Assembly (NCBI GenBank): GCA_965205915.1
Contig: OZ242191.1
Location: forward strand, 853,410 to 917,409
Length of the DNA: 64,000 nt
DNA from: Dehalococcoidia bacterium
GTDB lineage: Bacteria; Chloroflexota; Dehalococcoidia; UBA6926
Direction of reading: 5' to 3'
The position numbers and the translations under genes are program-made. Of the stretch, positions 57,951 through 64,000 are shown piece after piece; within the stretch, counting starts at the first letter, position 1, and the number at the start of each line of letters is the position of its first letter. Below the pieces are notes generated by a model. It was given only the letters and a program-made list of their open reading frames with translations, was not told the origin of the DNA and made no database searches.

Positions 57951-58890
57951 GAGACCTTTGAGTAACCGTGTTGGCGTCTGACGTTGGGACACAGGTCGCG
58001 ATGGTGGGCGCCTGCAGGTCCCTTGTGCGGCATTCTGTGGCGTGTGATTGGGAGGCGGAGCCGTTTTCGAGGAGTGTGGCAGCGTCTGGCCGTCGGACTT
58101 TGGGGTCATGTCCGGTCAGGCAGCGTGTGGGGTCAAGCGGATGTACTTCCTGAGATTGTAGGCCATCAGTTTGAGGTACATCTCCACCGAGTTGCGTTGC
58201 AATCCTCTGTACTGGACACGACTGTAGCCGTAGCTGCGTTTCAGTGTCCCGAAGACCTTCTCGACCAGGGATCGCCGTGGCGCAATCAGGTCATTCCGTG
58301 CGACTCCAATCCGCATCGGGATCTCTCGTGCTCTTCACGCCAGGCCCTGCGCTCATCGGCGGGCGTTTCACCTGCGCCTCCACCAGCGTGGCGTCCATCA
58401 ATGTCCCCTCCTTGACGAACAGACCCCGCCTCTCCAACTTGCCTGCCCAGTTCATGGAAGAGCTTCTCCGCAAGGCCGCGATTCGCCAACTCCGTACGGA
58501 ATCGGCTGATCGTCGAGTAATCCGGCGTGTCGTCCTCAAGCCCCAGTCCCACGAAACGGCGGAACGAAATACGGTCGTCGAGCGCCTCCTCCATCAGGGG
58601 GTCCGAGAGGGTGTACCCCTGCTGGAGCAGCAGGATCTTCACCATCGTCAACGGTGGATAGCTGGGGCGTCCCTCCGGCGCCGAATACACGCCAGCCACC
58701 AGCGCATCGAATCCGTCCCACTCGATCTCCCGCCCGATGCGCTCCAAACGCTCATTCCTGCCAAGCGTCCCCGGCAGCAACGAATTCACCAATGACGGCT
58801 GCCCCATCTGACGATGCATCACTCACCCCCCTAACAGCATCCGCGCTCTATCCATTTTGGACTGGATAGAGGGGGTTACTCAAAGGTCTC
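57951..58890 (-). mobile_element. internally deleted IS5-family (InsH-like) insertion sequence with perfect 17-bp terminal inverted repeats
   Basis: IRs GAGACCTTTGAGTAACC at 57951-57967 and, in reverse complement, at 58874-58890. The transposase is split over three frames: an N-terminal DUF772-like piece at 58286-58822, a middle GTLMDATLVEA piece at 58291-58539, and the C-terminal VEKVFGTLKRSYGYSRVQYRGL piece at 58116-58316. The DDE core (~130 aa) is missing. Confidence 0.7.
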
Positions 58891-58918
58891 CCTTCGCGGG
58901 AATGACGGGTGGGGTTGT
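58890..58918. repeat. 3' half of a REP-like element (ccttcgcgggaatgacgggtgggg) split by the IS insertion
   Basis: Matches the 3' half of the 30045-30089 element. The 5' half (ccgccggattcccgc) sits at 57932-57946 on the other side of the IS. Confidence 0.55.
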
Positions 58919-58959
58919 CAGGTCAAGTTCAGGATTACGCGAGCGGCCACGGCAAGTGC

Positions 58960-59451
58960 CTATTCGACAGTTGAGATCGTAAAACTCTGGGGGCCGGACG
59001 GCGTCTCGACCTCGACCTTGTCGCCGGATCTCTTTCCGAGCAACTTACTGCCCACGGGCGATTCGTTGGAAATACGTCCGCGCGCGGCATCCGCCTCCGC
59101 CCTGCCAACAATAGTCCACCGCTCCTTCTCGCCGTCTCCATCGAGAACGACGACGGTAGAGCCGACGCGAACCGCGCCGTCACTCTGTGGGCCCTGCGCT
59201 TCGATAATCGATGCGCGGCGCACGCTGTCCTCAAGTTGGCGAATACGGCCTTCGAGGAAGGCCTGCTCATTCTTGGCGGCGTCGTATTGGGCGCTGTCCG
59301 TGATGTCGCCAAGCTCCTTGGCGCGCTGAATCATTTCCGCCACCTCAGGGCGGCGCACGTTGCGGAGCCCTTCAAGCTCCTCCTTCATGCGCTCCAGCCC
59401 CTCGGCGCTGATGTAGACCTTGTTGTCGGCAGCGGCGTTGTCAGTAGTCAT
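58960..59451 (-). CDS. greA: transcription elongation factor GreA
   Basis: N-terminal coiled-coil with conserved acidic residues (YISAEGLERMKEELEGL, DSAQYDAAKNEQ) and a C-terminal FKBP-like domain. 164 aa from MTTDN. Confidence 0.9.
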   Translation of the reverse strand: MTTDNAAADNKVYISAEGLERMKEELEGLRNVRRPEVAEMIQRAKELGDITDSAQYDAAKNEQAFLEGRIRQLEDSVRRASIIEAQGPQSDGAVRVGSTVVVLDGDGEKERWTIVGRAEADAARGRISNESPVGSKLLGKRSGDKVEVETPSGPQSFTISTVE

Positions 59452-59528
59452 ATGAATCTCCAATCTGAAGATGGTTTGTGTGGGGCGCAATCCGGCCGAA
59501 TGGGGCGCCCCAAAGTCCAGACAGTGTA

Positions 59529-60893
59529 CTAGTCTTCGAGCCGTCCTGCTAGCGAGTTCATCACAATCCCGGTGGCCACCTTTGGGAAAAAGAACGTCGA
59601 TTTCGGTGGAAGACGCTCTCCGGCCCCCGCCGCCTCCGTCATATCCACCATTCCGACGGCCTGCAACAGGAAGCCAGCATCATACTCGCCGGAGCGCACG
59701 GCCTCGATAGCCTCGGCCGCGCCTCGTGGGTAGGACAGCCAGCCGCGACTCTCTGCCTCCTGCTGGTTCGCGCCCACCCCATGGGTAAGAAGGACATCGA
59801 GAAATACACATGGCGGGAGCCGACCCCACGCCTCCGTCGCTCCCGTCAGCAGCCCTTCAAAGATGCCGGACTCGATTGGACGGAGCAGCCTGAGTATGTC
59901 GCCGGGGGGTTCGATAAGCGCCATCATCGGCGTCTCGCCGTTTTCTGCCCGCACAGACGCGAACTTCTCCGCCGCTTCTGCGGGAGACAGGCCGGAAACA
60001 TCAACCTCTTCCGACATGAAATAGGTCTCAACCTGTCGTTGGAGGCGGGCGCGAGCATCATCAGGCAACCCACGCAGCAATCGGTGGTACGGCAGGCTGA
60101 TGAGTCCCGGGTCATCGATGGCCGTCAACGCTGCCATGATGTACCCGGCGGCGTACTCCGGATCGTCCAACTCCGCTCCACGCTCATCCCAGTACGCCAG
60201 CGCCGTCTCATAGCGGTGATGGCCGTCAGCGACGTAGAGCGGACCGCCGATGCCAAGCCTGATCGCCCCGGCCTCCCCGGGGTCTGCTACATACCAGATC
60301 TCGTAGTCGTCTCCCGCGAGATCCGTGAACGACGCGTCAGTCGGGCGCACGGCGATTGCCCTAAGAAGCCGTCGAAGCTCGCCGTCTTCATCCTCATACA
60401 ACGCCATGATCGGGCTGACATTCGCGTCAACGGCGTTCATGAGCATCAACCGGTCGCGCTTTGCTGCCTCATGCGTGTGCTCATGCGGCAGCACGGAGCC
60501 GTCTTCCCACGCCGCTAGTCGTACTGCCCCGATCAATTCAAACCGGCTGACCTTTTCTCCACCAATGTGAAAGGAATGCCGAACCAGGTAGAAATGGGGC
60601 GATTCGTCCCTCCGCAGCACACCCGCGGAGGTCCACTCACTCCACGTCCTGGCCGCGGAGCCATACGGATCATCAGGCGCGACGGCGGACGGCAATTCAA
60701 GCCGGATGACGTTGTGCGGGCTTGCCTCAAGGAGGCGCGTCATATCCGCCGGAGAAATGACGTCATAGGGTGGAGCGGCCAGCGCGCTCAAGTTCCCTGA
60801 GCGCGCCGAATCATATCGCCAGCCGCGGAAGGGCCGGAAGAGTGAACCCGCCACAACTCTACGTGGCCTCCAGGATGCCGTTGATCGAACCAT
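59529..60893 (-). CDS. DUF1015-family protein
   Basis: 454 aa. N-terminal LFRPFRGWRY block typical of DUF1015. True start probably internal. Confidence 0.65.
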   Translation of the reverse strand: MVRSTASWRPRRVVAGSLFRPFRGWRYDSARSGNLSALAAPPYDVISPADMTRLLEASPHNVIRLELPSAVAPDDPYGSAARTWSEWTSAGVLRRDESPHFYLVRHSFHIGGEKVSRFELIGAVRLAAWEDGSVLPHEHTHEAAKRDRLMLMNAVDANVSPIMALYEDEDGELRRLLRAIAVRPTDASFTDLAGDDYEIWYVADPGEAGAIRLGIGGPLYVADGHHRYETALAYWDERGAELDDPEYAAGYIMAALTAIDDPGLISLPYHRLLRGLPDDARARLQRQVETYFMSEEVDVSGLSPAEAAEKFASVRAENGETPMMALIEPPGDILRLLRPIESGIFEGLLTGATEAWGRLPPCVFLDVLLTHGVGANQQEAESRGWLSYPRGAAEAIEAVRSGEYDAGFLLQAVGMVDMTEAAGAGERLPPKSTFFFPKVATGIVMNSLAGRLED

Positions 60894-61680
60894 CCTGCCC
60901 CTGCGCCCGCCTTAGTGCGGCCACAAGCTCCGGCAAGGCCTCTCCGGTCGGCGCGCGAACGACAATGTCGCACACATCCGTTAGTGCGGTCTCGTTCGGA
61001 TTGATCTCGATAAGCGTTGCCCCGTTCAGACGCCGAGCCACTTCCGGCAGGGCGGCTGCGGGGTAAACGATGGCGGATGTGCCAAGAATCAACACGCAAT
61101 CGCTCTGCGCCGCCTCCATCTGGCACCGCTCCAGAACGTCCGGCGGGATCGGCTCCCCGAACATGACCGTGTCCGTCTTGAGGAACCCTTCACAGTTGGG
61201 ACACCGGGGTGGCAATTCATCGAGCGGAATCTCATCTCGCGTATAGCGATGCACACAATCGATGCATCGAATCAGGGTGTGGTTGCCATGAATCTCCGAG
61301 ATGCTCTCGCTTCCGGCGGCGCGGTGCAGGTTATCGACGTTTTGCGTCACCAAGTGGCGGAGCGTGCCCATCCGCTCAAGATCGACCAGCGCATGGTGTC
61401 CCGGATTGGGCTGCGCGGACTCCAGAGCGTCCCGCATCTCCGGCATCTGATTGCCGGTGAGCCGCTCTTCCCACCACGCCTGGGGATCCCTGAGGAAACG
61501 CTGGTAGCCGAGATTGTCCGGCTCGCCGTACTTGGTCCACAGGCCGCCGGGGCCGCGGAATGTCGGTATGCCGCTCTCGGCGGACATTCCCGCGCCGGCC
61601 AGCGCCGTAAGGTAGCCCGCCTCAGTGATGGCCTGCGCAGCCTCCTCCAATGCGGAATGAATAGAATCAGATAGCGTCAT
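60859..61680 (-). CDS. cobB: NAD-dependent protein deacylase (Sir2 family)
   Basis: GAGMSAESGIPTFRG, QNVDNLH, CxxC...CxxC zinc ribbon. Confidence 0.85.
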   Translation of the reverse strand: MTLSDSIHSALEEAAQAITEAGYLTALAGAGMSAESGIPTFRGPGGLWTKYGEPDNLGYQRFLRDPQAWWEERLTGNQMPEMRDALESAQPNPGHHALVDLERMGTLRHLVTQNVDNLHRAAGSESISEIHGNHTLIRCIDCVHRYTRDEIPLDELPPRCPNCEGFLKTDTVMFGEPIPPDVLERCQMEAAQSDCVLILGTSAIVYPAAALPEVARRLNGATLIEINPNETALTDVCDIVVRAPTGEALPELVAALRRAQGQDGSINGILEAT

Positions 61681-61692
61681 ATGGTGAGTCCC

Positions 61693-62271
61693 CTACGCAT
61701 CGAAGATGTCCCGAACCGGGCACGTGAATTGCGGGATAACGTCCATGCCGGTGAGAGTGTCGTTCTCACGCAGTGTGACAACGGACTCGCCGGGCCGATG
61801 AATCTCAATCATTTTCGTCTCGGGCCAGAGCACCCAGACGAGGCGAACGCCGGCATCCACCCACATTCTCGCCTTGTCATTGATTGCCGGCTGCCTATCC
61901 GACGGAGACACAACCTCTACCACGAGATCCGGCGGTATTTCCGTGTATCCCGGAACAGACGTGCCCGGTGGGCGGCGTTCACTTGAGATGAAAGCGATGT
62001 CCGGCTCACGTACCGTGTCGGGGTTGGTTTCAACTCGCACACCGGAATCAGAGGCGACAATCCTTCCCAAACGGTTCGGCCTTACGCTTAGCCAGAGGTA
62101 TCCCACGAGGTTGCCTACGATTGCTCCGTGTTCTTCTGCTGTCGGCATCTTTGGAATAAACTCCCCCCGGATAAGCTCTCCACGCTTTCCCTTTGAGTGC
62201 ATCTTTAGCAACTCATCTGCCGTGATGAGCCTGTTTCCGGTGGGCGTTAGCGCCTGTTGTGTCGTTGCCAT
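61693..62271 (-). CDS. Uma2-family (DUF820) restriction-endonuclease-like protein
   Basis: PDIAFIS...PDLVVEVVSPSD...D...K core typical of Uma2. Start assigned to the MATTQQ at 62271. Confidence 0.7.
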   Translation of the reverse strand: MATTQQALTPTGNRLITADELLKMHSKGKRGELIRGEFIPKMPTAEEHGAIVGNLVGYLWLSVRPNRLGRIVASDSGVRVETNPDTVREPDIAFISSERRPPGTSVPGYTEIPPDLVVEVVSPSDRQPAINDKARMWVDAGVRLVWVLWPETKMIEIHRPGESVVTLRENDTLTGMDVIPQFTCPVRDIFDA

Positions 62272-62339
62272 GACTAATTGTTCTCCGCTTTGGCTATACC
62301 GCCCTATTGTACTAGGCGACACGCTCGCGCCGCGCGCCG

Positions 62340-64000
62340 TCACGCTCGCGCCACGGATTCCTTGACCCGCAGCTCCAGTCGTTCTGTGTCCTCGGGAGAC
62401 AGATTGAAGTACTTGGCCTGTGGATGATGGAAGACCAGGGCGCTCACCGAGCCCTCAGGCTCCATCATCATCTCCTCCGTCAGGTTGACGCCCAGCGCCT
62501 CCATCGGACGTAGCAGCCGCCACAGAACCTCCTGGTCCTCCAGTCGTGGGCAAGCGGGATACCCAAACGAATAACGCTTGCCGTGGTAGTCCGCTCGGAA
62601 GAGATCCGGTTTCGTGATTTCCGGCGGATCAGAGAATCCCCACATCGCCCGCATCCGCTGATGCAGCAACTCCGCGAATCCCTCCGCGCCCTCAAGCGCC
62701 AGCACTTGCAGGATGTGGGAATCGAGGTACTCGCCCTTGTCTTTCCATTCATCCGCCAACGCGCGTACGCCCGGCCCCACCGTCGTCACGAACGCGCCCA
62801 GGTAGTCCGGCGCGCCGTCTCCGCGCGGCCGCACATAGTCCGCCAGAGATAGTCCCTCTCCCGATTCCTGACGTCCAAATTGAAGACGCTCCAGCACTTG
62901 CTCGCCATCGGGAGACAGGATAAATACATCGTCGCCATCGCTTGCGGCACGGAAGAATCTGAATACGGCTGACGCCCGAATATCATCACGCGACGCCATA
63001 GTGCGCTGTACATCTATGACGCGTTCACGTAACTCTGTTGCGCGCGCCTCTCCCTGCTCAAGCGCCTCTACAAATCGCCCTCGATATCCCAGATGCCGTA
63101 CGTAGAGCATCGTCGGGTTGATGTACGAGAATACCTCATCGAGGTCGTAATCAAGAAGCGTGTGATCGCGGAGATCCGGCGGCTGCGGTGGCGCGTCTAC
63201 GGGTGTGATAACGGCGCGCGGCCTCACATCCGTCTGCGTGGCGGCCGCCCGGGCCACGTCCAGATTCTCCAGTTTTTTCGCTTCGTCTTTCAGATCGGAT
63301 GCAAGCCGGTTCCGTTCCTCCGGCGACCGGATGCGATTTGCCAGGTCAAGCCCCGTCATGGCGTCCGGCGCGTAGGCGACGAGACCCTGATACTCCGGCG
63401 CGATTCGCAGTCTCGTAAAGCGGTTGCTCAGCGCCGCGCCGCCCACCAGGATCGGCACGTCGATACCGGCGTCCGTAAAATCACGCACCGTCTCCACCAT
63501 CATCTGTGCCGATTTTACTAGTAGGCCGGAAAGGCCAATCATGTCCGGCTTGTGCGTGCGGAACGCCTCTATAAGCTCTCCCGGCGGCACCTTGATGCCG
63601 CGGTTAAACACGCGGTAGCCGTTGTTTGACAGGATGATGTCCACGAGGTTCTTGCCGATGTCATGGACGTCGCCCTTCACCGTAGCGAGCAAAATACTGC
63701 CGCGCGAGCTCGACTCATCCGATTCCATGTGCGGCTCAAGGTGCGCGACTGCTGCCTTCATGACCTCTGCCGATTCCAGCACTTCCGCGACGATCAACTC
63801 ATTCGCCGCAAAGAGTCGTCCCACCTCGTCCATGCCGGCCATGAGCGGGCCATTGATAATCTCAAGCGGACCCCGTTCCTCGAGCGCGATATCAAGATCC
63901 GGCGGCATCCCTTCGCGCACGCCCTCAACGACCCGCAGCGCGATACGCTCATCGAGCGACAGCCCTTCCATGCGATCCACGCCCTGTTCGGCGGCTGCGG
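62340..64000 (-). CDS. metH: methionine synthase MetH, C-terminal part (B12-binding and AdoMet reactivation domains); N-terminus runs off the window
   Basis: DVHDIGKNLV cobalamin-binding motif, followed by the reactivation-domain sequence ...YVRHLGYRG... The ORF is open to the window end. Confidence 0.85.
   Translation of the reverse strand, partial: AAAEQGVDRMEGLSLDERIALRVVEGVREGMPPDLDIALEERGPLEIINGPLMAGMDEVGRLFAANELIVAEVLESAEVMKAAVAHLEPHMESDESSSRGSILLATVKGDVHDIGKNLVDIILSNNGYRVFNRGIKVPPGELIEAFRTHKPDMIGLSGLLVKSAQMMVETVRDFTDAGIDVPILVGGAALSNRFTRLRIAPEYQGLVAYAPDAMTGLDLANRIRSPEERNRLASDLKDEAKKLENLDVARAAATQTDVRPRAVITPVDAPPQPPDLRDHTLLDYDLDEVFSYINPTMLYVRHLGYRGRFVEALEQGEARATELRERVIDVQRTMASRDDIRASAVFRFFRAASDGDDVFILSPDGEQVLERLQFGRQESGEGLSLADYVRPRGDGAPDYLGAFVTTVGPGVRALADEWKDKGEYLDSHILQVLALEGAEGFAELLHQRMRAMWGFSDPPEITKPDLFRADYHGKRYSFGYPACPRLEDQEVLWRLLRPMEALGVNLTEEMMMEPEGSVSALVFHHPQAKYFNLSPEDTERLELRVKESVARA

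Noticed and set aside
58286-58822. 178-aa ORF as an intact small transposase
   Set aside because: The C-terminal third of this ORF is out-of-frame read-through (GEAGSVRQGGDIDGRHAGGG…). The true transposase continues in other frames and lacks its DDE core, so this is a relic, not a functional gene.
60859-60893. 35-nt overlap between the DUF1015 ORF start and the Sir2 gene end
   Set aside because: This most likely reflects an over-extended DUF1015 ORF. The conserved N-terminal block begins ~15 codons in, so it is not a genuine long overlap.

Overview
This is a 64 kb high-GC (about 60-65% by eye) bacterial chromosomal segment. Housekeeping genes dominate and are densely packed, with small accessory insertions between them. 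The architecture (rpoB-rpoC without an upstream rplJ/rplL, frequent GTG/TTG starts, very high coding GC, several Uma2/DUF433/HicAB-type modules) suggests a deep-branching high-GC lineage such as Chloroflexota. I cannot confirm the taxon without a database search.

Housekeeping content, left to right:
- cysS-ispF-ispD-leuS on the minus strand.
- A J-domain/TPR protein, then rpoB and rpoC.
- lipA, a PMM/PGM-family mutase, an AcuC-type deacetylase, an MBL hydrolase and a secreted S1 protease.
- rpiB, two amidohydrolases and an aminotransferase.
- A ProVWX-type betaine ABC transporter and an AapJQMP-type amino-acid ABC transporter.
- tRNA-Ala, sufC-sufS-sufU, fumC, proA and proB, recF.
- A split GctAB-like CoA-transferase, an IMPDH-family gene, greA, a DUF1015 gene, a Sir2 deacylase, a Uma2 gene and the 3' part of metH, which runs off the window.

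Accessory and unusual content:
- Toxin-antitoxin modules: HigBA at the left edge, a VapC paired with an unusually long RHH antitoxin, HicAB, and two tandem DUF433 genes followed by a frameshifted DUF5615 toxin.
- A roughly 1.5 kb lower-GC insertion between proB and proA. It carries an orphan AAA_21/ABC-type ATPase and is flanked by a diverged direct repeat of the proB 3' end. This is the most system-like novelty in the window.
- An internally deleted IS5-family element with perfect 17-bp terminal inverted repeats, inserted into a dispersed REP-like palindrome family.
- Several protein-coding tandem repeats, in the J-domain/TPR gene and in a small membrane-anchored protein.
- A duplicated C-terminal coding module downstream of leuS.
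- An in-frame TGA followed by hairpins inside the CoA-transferase subunit A gene.

All calls come from reading the supplied translations and DNA by eye. No database searches were run.
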